Shown in pieces: positions 21,845-34,501 of a DNA stretch of 64,000 bases. Source of the DNA: Chrysemys picta bellii (taxonomy: Eukaryota); contig NC_088812.1 of the NCBI RefSeq assembly GCF_011386835.1, forward strand, positions 372,001-436,000, given 5' to 3'. The translations under genes and the position numbers were made by a program. Position 1 is the first letter of the stretch. Every line of letters starts with the position of its first letter. The notes beneath the pieces are model-generated. The model did not search any database and had not been told where the DNA came from. It saw nothing but the letters and a program-made list of their open reading frames with translations.

Positions 21845-22922
21845 GGGGTGTAGGGGATGAAGGGGGTGGGGGCTGGGTATAGGGGTGGGGGGATGAAGGG
21901 GTTCGGGAGGTTCGGGGGGATGAAAGGCGTGTGGGGGGATAAGAGGGTGAGGGTGGGGGGGATGAAGGGGGTGGGGGCTGGGTATAGGGGCTGCAGGGGG
22001 ATGAAGGGGGGTGGAGGGTGCAAGGGAATAAAAGCGGGTGGGGATGAAGGCGGGTGGGGGCTGGGCATAGGGGGTGCAGGGGGTGGGGGTGGGTATAGGG
22101 GCTGCAGGGGGATGAAGGGGGTGGAGGGTGCGAGGGGATAAAAGCAGGTGGGGGATGAAGGGGTGGGGGCTGGGAAGAGGCGGTATATGGGATGAAAGGG
22201 GAGTGGAGGCTGGGAATAGGGGCTGCAGGGGGATGAAGGGGGTGGGGAGTTCGGGGGGATGAAGGGGGGTGGGGAGTGTGAGGGGATAAAAGCAGGTGGG
22301 GGTGGTGGGGGATGAAGGGGGTGGGGGCTGGGCATAGGGGCTGCAGGGGGATATGAGTGTGGAGGGTGCAAGGGAATAAAAGCGGTTGGGGGTGGGGGGA
22401 TGAAGGGGGTGGGGGCTGGGTATAGGGGCTGCAGGGGGATGAAGGTGGGTGGTGGGTGCGAGGGGATAAAGGCAGGTGGGGGATGAAGGGGGTGAGGGCT
22501 GGGAAGAGGTAGTACAGGGGATGAAAGGGGAGTGGAGGCTGGGAAAAGGGGCTGCTGGGGGATGAAGGGGGGTGGGGAGTTCGGGGGGATGAAAGAGGTG
22601 GGGAGTGTGAGGGGATAAAAGCAGGTGGGGGTGGGGGGGTTGAAGGGGTGAGGGGCTGGGCATAGGGGCTGCAGGGGATGAAGGGGGGTGGAGGGTGCAA
22701 GGGAATAAAAGCGGGTGGAGGTGGTGGGGGATGAAGGCGGGTGGGGGCTGTGCATAGGGGATGCAGGGGGATAAGACTGCGGAGGGTGCGAGGGAATAAA
22801 AGCGGGTGGGGGTGGTGGGGGATGAAGGGGGTGGGGTCTGGGTATAGGGGATGCAGGGGGATATGAGTGCGGAGGGTGTGAGGGAATACAAGCGGTGGGG
22901 GTGGGGGGGGATGAAGGGGGGT
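21845..22922 (+). repeat. G-rich compound satellite with a ~329-bp higher-order period
   Basis: Recurrent GGGGGATGAAGGGGG cores. The marker CAAGGGAATAAAAGCGG occurs at 22021, 22369 and 22698, and GGGAAGAGG at ~22172 and 22501. Confidence 0.88.
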
Positions 22923-25900
22923 GTGCAGAGAAGTGGCTGGGAGGCTCTAGGGGTTTTTTTGGCCAACATTTTCACACACAAAAAAACTGAAGAAAGTTCT
23001 CAACAGCTAGAAAGCCCAGAACCACCCCCACCCTGCTCCCTGGGACCCCTCTTTATGCCCCCTGGACCTTGCCCCATCGTGACCCCTCAGATTCCCCCCC
23101 CCACACACACACACAGACCCTTTTCTCTGTTTCATGGATTGGGGTTTTACCTGGGATATAACCGGGGGCCCTGGGACCCTCTCAGGGGAGCAGGTAGGTG
23201 GGGGCGGGGCTGAAACTAGCCTGGGGGAGGGTGTCAGATGCACCAGGGTGCACAGGGCCCCCTTACTGGAGCCCTTATTTCTGGTAGAGAAGTAACCACA
23301 CAGCCCTGGGTCTCTGCTCCAGCCTGCTGCCCAGGCCGGGCTGGGAGAGGGCCTGCACCTGGCCAGCAGAGGGAGCTGGGGGGCCTGAGGCTGCCCATGT
23401 GCAGCAGGTGTGTGACTCTCGCTAGGGGCTCTCCACCCCTGGGACCAAGGCCCTGAAGTGTCCCTTAGGCCGCCCCCCCCCGCCCACCGCAGCCTGGGCA
23501 GCATTGGCCGGGGTGTAGCAGCGACCCCAGCTCACCATTTCCTGCCTTCCCCCCCTGCCCCCAACCTGTGCTCAGCCACGGCTGGCGCTGCGAGGCCTCT
23601 GCTGCCCTCATCAGACATTTTCACCCCATTTTTAAATTAAATCTAAAAACAAATATGTTTGGTTTAACTAAAAGTTTAGATATCTTGGCAGCAAACGTGT
23701 GTGTGTTTGTTTGTTTTCATTCTCTCCCTCCTGTTTTGAATGGGGAAGAAGGGAGGCAGGGTGGAGGAGGACCAAAAACCCCAAACCAGAATTGTTCTGA
23801 GTTTTGTTGGGTTGAAAATTTTCCCAAAAGGTTTGGGTGAAATTTGCAGTTTCTTTTTTAACTTGTCACAGCTGATCCTGCCCATTCTCTGGCCCGCTCT
23901 CGCCCCCAGGTACTTGTCTAGTCCCCCTGGCTAGAGCTCGCCGTTCCAGCCATGGCCTTTTCGAGTACGCGTCCCCTGGCAGTTGCAATGCACGCTGTTG
24001 CCAGGCCTTGGAGTGCAGCAGCTTCTTGGCAAAATCTCTCCCCAGGCAGCCGCTACAGATGAAGGAGCTGAGGTTTCTAACATGTGATCAATCTCGTGTA
24101 ATGGCGGCACCGTGGAAGGCCCTGCTGCCGGAGGAGATTCTGGGGAAGCGCAGCCCACTTCCCCTCGCTGAGCAGGACCCTCTCCGCCCCATGAGTGATG
24201 AAGTGTGTGGGGAAACCTCAGCATTCTCCAGCCAGTCCCACCGACTCACGCTAGCCCCTGCCAGAGTAACCACGGCCCTGGCTTCCCAGACAGCCTCACT
24301 CCACCTGGAAGAGACAGAGGCAGACTGACCCTCTGAAGGCCGCAGCACATTAGGGGGTGGAGACCTCACAGCGAGGTCCTACCTGCGTACAGGCAGGGGG
24401 ATGCACTGTTCTGCTTGGTGACTCCGCCAATGGCACCTGCCAACCACTCCCAATCCCCAGCCTTCGGGGGACTCACCCGTATAACTCTCTGGCGAACGCT
24501 GTCCACCAATGAAACGCAGAGGAAGAGCATATCGGCCCCATGGGGTAGAGCAGCTGCCTGGCTATTTAACGTGCACAGAGCCCCCCAAGTGTGCATCCTC
24601 CCCAACCCTAACCAAACCTAATCCTAAGGGATGTAGAAAGTGGCTGTCACCTTCATATCCATCCCAGCTATTGTGTATGCTAAACATCCCTTTGATGGGG
24701 TGGTTCTCCGTGCGCTCAGGGTCGGGGCATGGCAAGGCACAGCCCACTGGTCGCTTTTACCCTCGAACTCCAACTGGAACAAAGGTGACAGACTTGTCTG
24801 CAAGATATTCTTACTCCAGGAGAAGGATCCAACTCAAATCCTTCGCGCTGGCACTTGAGCCTTCACAACTTGGGCACTGGGCAGAGCCAGGACACCTGGG
24901 TTCAATTCCCAGCTCTGCCTCTGACCTCCTGCGTGACGTTGCATCCTCTCTCTGGGCCTTGGTTTCTGTCTCGCCTCTTTAGACTTCAAACTCTGCAGAG
25001 CAGGGACTGTGTCAGGTGCAGCACGATGGGGCCCTGCTACCATGGTACACAGAAGAGCGGGACACCACCCCAGCCTGCCTCTAAGGCTCTCTCTCACTCT
25101 GTGCTTGTACCGCACCTAGCACAATGGGTCTCGAGGTGCTGCTGTAAGGGGCAGGCCCTGATTTATGCCAGGGTACATGACTGGAGAATCCAGCCCCAGA
25201 CCTTCACCAGGAAAACAGGCTTGGGCCCTAGGTGTGTCTGTACATCAGAGGTTATTAATTAGTTTTGTATACAAGAATCTTTTGTACAGCGCCCAGCACA
25301 CGGGAGTCCTGCTCCATGCATGGGGCTCCCGTAACACCCCTAATAAACCGTGTTAGCGTCACTCTTACCTCATGTGCGTCCTCCTAATCCAGACAGGGGA
25401 TGTCTGATTTGCAAGGTCAATGGGACTGAGGGGTGCTCAGAGCGCCAGGGGCTCCGAATTCAACATCACCCATTTTCACTTCCAACTCGGCTGTTTTTAT
25501 TGGGAACGTAATAACCCCATGTAAGCTGCTGAGAACTAAGGGGATGTACAATGCAGGTCTGTAAAATGGGACTAACGAGTCACCTCCTTTGCAGACTGAT
25601 TGATGAGAGGAGCTAGGTAGTATTAATTATTTATTATCACCACAGTGCTCAAGGGTGGCAGGGCAGCAACAGCCCCCCAGCCAAATAGTTTTACTGTTAG
25701 GCCCGTAATTTGCAGCCGGTTCAATTTCTTTTTTTAGTGTACAATGAAGAAAGGACAGAAAGCGCAGGAGACAGGAAAGGAAGCTGCTTTATGCTGAGTG
25801 CCACTTTCCATGTAGAGCGCTCTGCTGTGGGCTGAAGGGCACCGTCTGGTGCATACAGCTTGTAACTACAGCTGGTTGTAAATTTTCCATCAAGAGTTTT

Positions 25901-27720
25901 ATTTTTGGATGGAAAATGTCTTTTTTGACAAAATGGACATTATCTTCCAAGCTATCTTTTTCAATATTTTTTGGGGGGGAGGGATGTGCAGGTAAAATCG
26001 TTTGGTTATAAATGGAAAGTGTTTGGTTTTTGTTGTCTGAAAAACAATTATTGGGGGGGGAGGGTGGTTTCAATAACTTCCCCCATATTTTTCAAAAATA
26101 AATGTTGACAAAAATGAAGTTTTTCACAGGGAACTAATTTCCAGACCAGCTGCAGCTGAACCAAACCATGTCTGATTCAGAGAGATGTATCTGTCATTAT
26201 CCCTCGCAGGAGACTTTTCCGACCACCAGAATTATCTGACCCCAGGAGCTTTCCCCGTGTAGGGAATATGAGAGTCACATGCCACAGAGATAGAATTCAT
26301 AGGGGAAACAGCACCAGGGTTTGGAGGGTGGAGGTAGAGACCTCAGAGTTGTGCAGGGGGGCTGGAACAATGTGTATTGTGGGGTGCTTAGAGCCATTGA
26401 ACCAAACTGCCAACCTGCATATAATGGAAACCGCGGTAAGCCAGGGGGTGTGGGAGCACCCCTCGTCCCAGCACCTATGGAGCTGTGGAGTTAACAAATC
26501 CACCGAAGCTAACAGAGCTGCAGAGGCAGCCATTAACTCTGAATTTATATAGGAGCATTAGATGATTCACATCCGAGAGGGCCACTGCCCCAGCTAGTCT
26601 GGGATCACCCCCATCTCATACCAAGGGTCCATCTATTCCGTTAGTGGCCACGGCTCATTGCTTCAGAGGAAAAACCAACCCTCCCCTCTGCCAATATAAC
26701 TAGCGCTACAGAGGGAAAGAATTTCTTCCTAATCCCCACTATGATTCCTCTAACTCCACGATCAGAGCTTGCAGAGATGGCTATAAATGCTATTAACGGG
26801 CACACCCCATTCCTAGGGACTGTGCCTGACTCCCTGAGGGCAGGGAATCACACATTGGATAAATCTGTGTTTGCTCTTATCGATCCTAAATTGGCTACTT
26901 GCCCCCTGATTGCATCAAACTTTGCCCTGTGCTCTCATTATGCCACCTGCTAAAAAGAGGGAGGGCTCAGATCGCACTGCAGCCTCTTGTGGTTTTCAGC
27001 AGACACTGCACATTGTTTTCCTGTAACTTTCCAAGTGCATCCACGCGTGACCCACAAGTCTGCGGATGTTACCAAGGTGCCCAACCCACAGAGGACACGA
27101 GTCTGTTACAGCCAGAGTTGATAGAAAAATGAAAACAGATGCAATTTGGCAGTGGGGGGGGGGGTTGAAATGGATTTTGAAAATTTGGTTATTTTTGAAA
27201 ACTTCACAACTTTTCATTTAAAAAAAAAAATTTTTTTTACCCCAAATTTTTGTTTTCAAATTTTTCCCATTTTCACCCTTTCCCCCTCTTTTTTTCATTT
27301 AGTGGCATGGAGATGGGGAGTAAAACCCCCAGACCATTTTGAAAACTCATTTTTAAAATTTGGTTTCAAGAAGGCAACTTTTCAACAATGTCTTTGCTTG
27401 AAAACATTTTTTTTGATCAGCCCTAGGCTCACGCTGTAGAGATGCATCGGAGGTCCATTCTGGGTCCTCCCCAGGATACGGACCCAATGGCTGAGAGAGA
27501 CCCATGGAGGAGCTGACCAGAAATGGACACACAGATAAAGGGAATATAAATTAAGAACAGAAGAGTGGAGGGAAAAGTAGAAAGATTAGTATGATGTTTA
27601 CAGCCTCAAAGTACTGGACCTTGGCTTGCATCTCTGTCACCACCTGGAGGCAGTGCTGCTCTCTGCACTGACCTGCAGGTCCAGGCAGTGTGGCCGGGAG
27701 GTGGCGTTGGTCCGGTCTGC

Positions 27721-27856
27721 TCATGGAGGTGCAGGCTTTTCACAGATGTAGTAGCACTCGTATGTGCAATGCACGTCGTTCCACTCCCCGTAGGTCCAGA
27801 CGTGCGCACAGTCCTCATTCTGGCCACTGTTGTTGGGCTCCCCCTCCTTCCAGTAC
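27721..27856 (-). CDS. Hepatic-lectin-like C-type lectin, exon 6 (CRD C-terminus, stop)
   Basis: (T)[44 protein letters not shown], with EPN and WND motifs. Acceptor TGTTTAG. Confidence 0.96.
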
Positions 27857-28213
27857 CTAAACACAGTGGGGCTACAGTTGGAGGGGCAGGAACGGGGTGC
27901 AGGGGACAGAGCGGGGTCAAAGCTGGAGGTGGTCCTGAGCTGCACATAATGGGGATTTGAAGCCGGCGTGTCCTGGAGGTAGGTGGATGAAGCGTAGGCC
28001 CATTGCTGGTGAAAACCATCAGCCTTACACACCACGGAAAGTTGGACATCAACGCCCCATGCGGCTTCCCATGACCTGATCTTACCCCGCTGTGGCCCAG
28101 CCCCGTGCCTTCGGGCTCTCTCCACAGACACAGAGGCTGTTTCTGCAGCAGGAGGCCTGCGGCATTAAGGAAGAGGGAGAGCGATAGCCAGCAGGGGTCG
28201 GCCCCGCACTCAC

Positions 28214-28326
28214 GTGAAACCAGTTGTGGAGTCGCTCCCGTCGATCCATTTCCACTCCCCTTCTGAATTCTGGTCTGAGAGGCCGATCCAGAAGCGCTGG
28301 TTGCGTGTCCTGTACATGATAAAATT
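28214..28326 (-). CDS. Hepatic-lectin-like C-type lectin, exon 5
   Basis: NFIMYRTRNQRFWIGLSDQNSEGEWKWIDGSDSTTGF, with the WIGL motif. CAG acceptor, GTGAGT donor, phases 0/2. Confidence 0.95.
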
Positions 28327-28846
28327 CTGCAGCCGGAAGTGGGATGGGGGAGGAAGCACAGAGTCATCTCCTTTATCAGGATCAGCACCATTTTACTCTT
28401 CATTTGCATCACAGCAGAAGCGGGGCTGGTGGAGCCGTGTCTATTCAATGTGTAACACACCCCACAGGGCTCTGTCACTACATACATCCAGGGACCCATA
28501 ACAGAGCATGTACCACACAGGGCCAGGGCCTCACATCCCCTTTATGTGGCTGGCACAAAGAGCACAAAAGCCTAGGACTGCTAATAGAGTTGCTCCCTCA
28601 GCTCACCCGGTAGAAGCCTTCCTTGCAGAGGTGGTGCTGCCATGTTCAATTCCCACCGGCCACCCACACCAGAGTTGTTACATGTGTAGCGTTGGGAACC
28701 CACAGAAGGGTGATGCAGAGGTAGCTGGGGGAAGCAGCTAGTTCCTGTGGGTGCTAAGAATGCGGGAATGACAGAGAGGCCTTGAGAGAAGGCAAGCCAT
28801 GAGAAAGAAGCTCAGAGGTTTTCCATCCAGACTGTCTCGTCTTTAC

Positions 28847-28998
28847 CTGCTTGGTGCGGCTGTTAATGATGGCCAGGCGTGAATGCTCCTCCTCGCACAG
28901 CACCTTCGCCCTCTGCCAAGATGTCTCACGCAAGGAGAAGAAGTAACATTTCCCACTGAAGTATTCCCATTCCCGGGCCTCAGGACCGCACGGGAACA
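28847..28998 (-). CDS. Hepatic-lectin-like C-type lectin, exon 4 (CRD N-terminus)
   Basis: (L)FPCGPEAREWEYFSGKCYFFSLRETSWQRAKVLCEEEHSRLAIINSRTKQ. Phases 1/0, GTAAAG donor. Confidence 0.95.
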
Positions 28999-29521
28999 CT
29001 GAGAAAGGGAGGGACCAGCAGTCAGAGACACCAAGTGGGGCAGGTCTACCCTGTCCCGTGTGGAAATGACAGCACAACCCCAGCTCTGCAAGGACCTGAC
29101 TTCCAAGGCAGCGGTTATTGCCAGAACTGTCCAGTCACAATACTAGGGGTTTGCTTCTGCCTAACCACCAGAAGAAAGCTGGGGCCCAGGCTCCAAAGCA
29201 AATAAATAGTTCAGAAGCCGGGATCCCCTGTGTGCAGCATGAAGTGAGCCAAGGAAAATCAGAAGAGGTAATGCCCCCAAATTGCTGCTAGGATCCCTGG
29301 TGCTAGAGACTGAACAGATACCCTGCAACCTAATGATCACAGCCAGCAGGGAGCAGCAGCTGTGGCCAGAAGGAGCGAGGGCAACCCAGGGAGGTGGGCA
29401 GAGCAGAGGGCAGGGGAGGGAAGAGGAACTGGGAAGGAAGAGGCTCGTATAATGGGGAGGGCACGGCAGAGGCAGCAGGAGCCGGGGCGGAGGGGGGCAT
29501 AGGGCAGTGCCCTGTACTTAC

Positions 29522-29596
29522 GTTTGAAATTGTTGCTGGAATTATTCCGTTTCACTTCATTGCGCATTTCATTCAGTTGTGAAGAGAGCATTGAAA
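29522..29596 (-). CDS. Hepatic-lectin-like C-type lectin, exon 3 (neck)
   Basis: (V)SMLSSQLNEMRNEVKRNNSSNNFK. TTTTAG acceptor, GTAAGT donor, 75 nt, phases 1/1. Confidence 0.9.
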
Positions 29597-30950
29597 CTAA
29601 AATCGGGGGGTGGGGGGGAGGGGGAGAGAGAGAGAGAGAGAACACACATGCCAGGTTATCTGACCCTGCTGCCACCCTGCTATGTCTGAGAGGCATTGAG
29701 TCATCTTTGGGTTTCAACACCCTTTACCCAGTGAGCTCACCAGCACTTGTGTGTGCTAGAAACGCCTTCCAAAGAGGCTTATTTAATCCATGGGGAAAGC
29801 CAAAACCATGCCCTTACAGCCAATCACAGGGCAAGGTGATCTGGGCACCTTAATGCACTAATTCTCCCGGGTTTACAACCTGGTTCAGCCTGGAATAGGA
29901 AGCAGGATGTAACAGGTTTGGTGGGAAACAAAAACACCTTGGGATACACAAAGGAAAAAACTACCATTAGACAATCCCCACTGGGCACCAGAAATCCCAA
30001 GCAACCGTGACCTGAACCAAAGGCACCAGGGGAGAAAGGGGCGGGCGGCTTTGCAAAGGCTGTGGTGGGTGTTTCCAAGGGTTTGTCCCCCAGAGTAAGC
30101 ATTGGTGCACTAGGGTAGCTGTGCTGTCATAGTGGTGCTGGCATGAAAGGTGACTAGAGATTTGCATAACATCAGTGCAAAAATCCAAGCACAGAGAAAT
30201 CCTAACATGAAGCTCTGAGGATCCGCCTGGCCCTGGGGTTATGGCCACAAGGAGGCTAGGATGTGGCTCCCTTTTGGGCTGGTGAGTGCTGACAAAGTAA
30301 CCCTCTTACATCCCCAGCACCAGCAACAAGACCTCAGTGTGAGGCAGTGGAAGGGTTAAACAAGTTTGACCTAATTTATCACCCTCCACCCGCTCTCAGC
30401 CCAGCAAGGCTTTCATTTACCTGATTGATGAAGATAATCAATAGAGCACCTTCTGTAACAATGCTAGAGCGTCACACCTTCACCTGCCTCCCTCACCAGG
30501 TAGAGAACAACATACAATCCCACCCCCGCTTTGCAGCTGGAGAGAAAGGGACACACCGAGAGGGCGAGGGCCCTGCTCCCAAGGTGGACAGGCAGGGGAC
30601 ACGGTTGGCACCCAGGAGACTGGATTTTATTCCCTGCTCTACCCCTGGCCTGCTGGGGGAGCCTGGGCAGCTGCTTCCCCTCCCACCCTGTGTCGGTTTA
30701 ACTGCGAGCTCTGCAAGGCAGGGGCTGGCTCCGTGTGTCCGCGCAGCACCCAGCGCAGTGGGGCTCTTGGATGAGCTCTTTGCCGCTGGCAAGACAAAGA
30801 AGAACAAGGACCCAGAAGGAGACAGTATCAGGGTTTGACCCCAGGGCTTCTGAGCACACAGACCCCACGGGGTCTCTCTGAGTCCCCCCAACTTCCTTCC
30901 TCATTAATGACGTGAAACGTTTCATCTCCCGAAGGCCCCAGGCACGGTAC

Positions 30951-31058
30951 CTCTGGAGAGTGACACCGCAAACAGGATGAGGATCAGCAGGTAAGAAAGC
31001 GCCAGCAGCACGTAGACTGTGCGGGAGGATCTCAGCTTCTGCCGGAGGTAGTTTCTGT
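30951..31058 (-). CDS. Hepatic-lectin-like C-type lectin, exon 2 (signal-anchor transmembrane segment)
   Basis: (D)RNYLRQKLRSSRTVYVLLALSYLLILILFAVSLSR. 108 nt, phases 1/1. Resembles chicken hepatic lectin VYVLLALSFLLL. Confidence 0.93.
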
Positions 31059-31832
31059 CTTTAGAACAGAAGAAAAATCGCCAAGGGTCACAGATTGACA
31101 GGTTTGGCAGCGACTTTGCAGGAAGGTCCCATTTATAAAGGGTTAATAAATGATTAACCCTAAATTAGATGGTTAATTGCTTGGTATAGAGGTTGATAGG
31201 GCGTTTATAACTACAACTTACAGCTATCTATCAGGTTTTTCTTCTTAGACTGTGACCAAGTATCTAGGGTTACAGTTTTGTTTCGCACGTGCCCTCTAGA
31301 GGATTATTTCCCGCCCATCATTAAGTGATGTTTAACACACATTCCAATTTCATCCCAGGGAAATTAGGCCTGTCACTCAGCCTTTGGAGAGTGGCTGCAC
31401 ATTCTGGTCGTCGTGTCCGGTTTAAGACAACTTAAGGGGGACTCCAGTTTTCAGACAATGCTGAGTGCCTAAACAACCCAGCCCCTCTAAGGCATCTCCA
31501 GTCGGACACTCGCAGACCTTTCACAATACCAGGGGCCATGAGTATTAATTCAAAGCAATAACATCTCTACAGTGGGAGAAAGGCCACTTCCTTCTCTCAC
31601 CTGCCAACAAACGATTTCCCTTTCATTGAAAAGCACAAAATATAGCTCCCAGCAGGGCCAGCATCCTCGTCCCAAACAGCCCAGCACAATTAGCACTAAT
31701 TAGCCTGCCTGTCAGAGCAGAGAGGCCAAAGACTGAATTGGCCAGAGATGCTCATCTCCCTTCTCGCAGGTCAGGGTAAGGAAAGACTTCTCTGCTGCAT
31801 CCATTCAACAGCAGCAGAGAGAGCAGACACCT

Positions 31833-33245
31833 CAGAACGGCCACACTGAGTCAGACCAACGGTCCAGCTAGCCCAGTGCCCTGCCTTCCGATGGCAGCCA
31901 GTGCCGGATGCTTCGGAAGCAGTGAACAGAACAGGACAATTATCAAGTGACCCATCCCGTGGTCCAGCCCCAGCTTCTGGCAGTCAGAGGTTTAGGGACA
32001 CCCAGAACACTGGGGTTGTCCCCTGGCCATCTTGCCTAATAGCCACTGATGGACCTGTCCTCCATGAACTGATCTAATTCTTTTTTAACCCAGTTATACA
32101 TTTGGCCTTCACAACACCCCCTGACAATGAATTCCACAGTTGACTGTGTGTTGTATGAAGCAGTACTTCCTTATGTTTGTTTTAAACCTGCTGCCTGTTA
32201 ATTTCATTGGGTGAGCCCTAGTTCTTGTGTTACATGAAGGGATAAATAACACTTTCTCATTTTCTTCACACCATTCATGACTGGATAGACCTCTATCATA
32301 TCCCCATATTAGTCATTTATTTTCTAAGCTGAACAGTCCCACTCTTTTTAAGCTGTTTTCATATGAAAGCTGTTCCATATTCCTAATCATTTTTGTTGCT
32401 CTTCTCTGTACTTTTAAGAATTCTAATATATCCTTTTTGAGATGGGGCGACCAGAACTGCATGCAGTATTCAAGGTCTGGACATACTATGGATTTATAGA
32501 GTGGCATTATGATATTTTCTGCCCTATTATACACCTCTACCCCGATATAACGCGACCAGATATAAGACGAATTCAGATATAAAGCAGTGCTCCGGGGGGT
32601 AAAGCGGTTCTCCGGGGAGGCGGGGCTGCGCACTCCGGTGGATCAAAGCAAGTTCGATATAACGCGGTTTCACCTATAACGCGCTAAGATTTTTTGGCTC
32701 CCGAGGACAGCGTTATATCGAGGTAGAGGTGTATATCCCTTTGCTAATGGTTCCTAACATCCTGTTATCTTTTTTGACTGCTGCTGTACATTGAGCAGAT
32801 GTTTTCAGAGAACTCCCCACAGTGACTCCAAGATCTCATTCCTGAATAGTAAGAGCTAATTTAGACCTCATCATTTTTTATGGATAGTTGGGATTCTGTT
32901 TTGCAATGTGCATTAGACTTTGCACTTCTCAACATTGAATTTCATCTGCCATTTTCCTGCCCAGTCACCCAGTTTTGTGAGATCCCTTTGTGTCTCTTCC
33001 CAGTTTTTGACCGATCTTGAGTAATTTTGTATCCTCTGCAAACTTTGCCACCTCACTGTTTACCTCCTTTTCCAGAGCCTTTATGGATATGTTGCACAGC
33101 ACTGACCCCGCTACAGATCCCTGGGGGACCCCGTTATTTACTGCTTTCCACTTTGAAAATTGACCATTTATTCCTACCTTTTGTTTCCTATCTTTTAACC
33201 GGCTACTGATCTGTGAGAAGACCTTCCCTCTTATTCCATGACTGC
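31833..33245 (-). mobile_element. CR1 LINE, 5'-truncated and degenerate, in lectin intron 1
   Basis: Minus-strand ORF fragments SHGIRGKV...NGVPQGSV...VAKFAEDTKL and PLYKSIVCPDLEYCMQFWSPHLKKDI. 3' UTR near 31833. Interrupted by a MITE. Confidence 0.92.
32532..32731. mobile_element. Tc1/mariner-type MITE (200 bp) nested in the CR1
   Basis: TIRs CACCTCTACCCCGATATAACGC and GCGTTATATCGAGGTAGAGGTG, with TA on both sides. The CR1 sequence resumes across it. Confidence 0.92.
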
Positions 33246-33327
33246 CCATTCATCTGGTCTAGCGACCTGTTTCTCTCTTTCCTCCCGTTCCTGAGCTATT
33301 GGGTGGAAGGGAAGGAAGAGGGCTTAC

Positions 33328-33370
33328 CTCTAAACATGTGCAGCTCATCTTGAAGCCTGTCCTTGTCCAT
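33328..33370 (-). CDS. Hepatic-lectin-like C-type lectin, exon 1 (start, cytoplasmic tail)
   Basis: ATG at 33370, reading MDKDRLQDELHMFR, then G|GTAAGC in phase 1. Resembles chicken MDEERLSDNVRLYK. The six exons total 627 nt = 208 aa plus stop. Confidence 0.88.
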
Positions 33371-33498
33371 GCTGTAAATGATGCCTGGGAGGCAGAGGTG
33401 ACTTGAAATGGCATTAGAACATGGCAAAGTGGAACCCTGCTCACTGGACTATCTAGAACAGAGAATTCACAATTCCACCAGGAATGTTAAATCCAGAG

Positions 33499-33511
33499 GT
33501 TAATGTATAAC
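33499..33511. promoter_or_regulatory. Candidate HNF1 site in the lectin promoter
   Basis: GTTAATGTATAAC versus the HNF1 consensus GTTAATNATTAAC (11/13), ~130 bp upstream of the ATG. Confidence 0.45.
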
Positions 33512-34501
33512 CTGCAGTGCTCACACCATGTCCCAGGCAACTTGCCCTCTAACCCTGGCCGTTTGGACTGCTTCCATTTCAAACGTGGTCCTGATAACTC
33601 CTCTGCTCAAACAGATTAAAAGGTCTCGGCTGGCCAACCAGCTCATTCTTTCTATTCAAAACTCTCTTGGTCAATTTTAAGTTGTGCAAGAGCAAAAATA
33701 CAAGATGCCTGGTTCCTGAAGCTGCTCCCCTCATGCAGGTAAGAAAAAACCCAGCTTGGTCACAAAAGCAGGGTTTGGAAAGCAACAGCTCAGAACCTTC
33801 TTTCTGGAAGAAAATCACAGCCCTCTTGACTTTGGAAAGCAGTTGCTAAGCACTCACAGAGTGGTTCCACACAGAACCGGCGGTGTCCCAGTGGACATGC
33901 TTACACAAGAAGATAAAATGGATCCCAGGCTGATCATTGTCCTACAAATATATGTATTATGGAGCTATAGTCCTTACTTTGTAATTAAAGTGTTTTCAGT
34001 TCTAGGTACCCAATTCCCTTGCCCCTTGTGCAGTCATTTAATTTGGTGCAACATGCAATCAGATCAGAACGGTAGTGTTTTGCACTCCCTTTGCACTGGT
34101 ATAAAAGCCTGCACAAAGGGGCAGGATAAAGGAGAATCAAGTCCTAAGTGCTCTTTCAACCCCTTTTCCAACTCTCAAAAAAGCTTCATTTGAGCCCAGA
34201 ATCTCACGTGCTTAGTAAGAGTCTCATGGTAATTTGTAATGTTTGAGGTCACGCAATGTTTTTGAATGATGGAACTTGGAAAAACAAGTTTTTCACTGTG
34301 AGGTCTCAACTGTCACTTGTCTCCTAACTCCAAGACATCTTGTTGCAAAGACGTTGGGTTTATTTTCCACCTCGGTGTCCAGTCCAAACACACATGGGCC
34401 TCAGGTCATCTTTCCGGAATAATTTTTAAATAAATCTTTACTGATAGAAATAAGGCACAAATGGCAGTTAGGTGCCTAAATGCCTTGCACAGGCAATAGG
34501 A

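Noticed and set aside
21666-22981. 340-432-aa proline-rich (extensin/collagen-like) ORFs
   Set aside because: They are translations of the G-rich satellite, open in all three minus frames.
27606-28499. 297-aa minus-strand ORF as a separate gene
   Set aside because: It is an alternative-frame read-through of lectin exons 5-6 and their introns.
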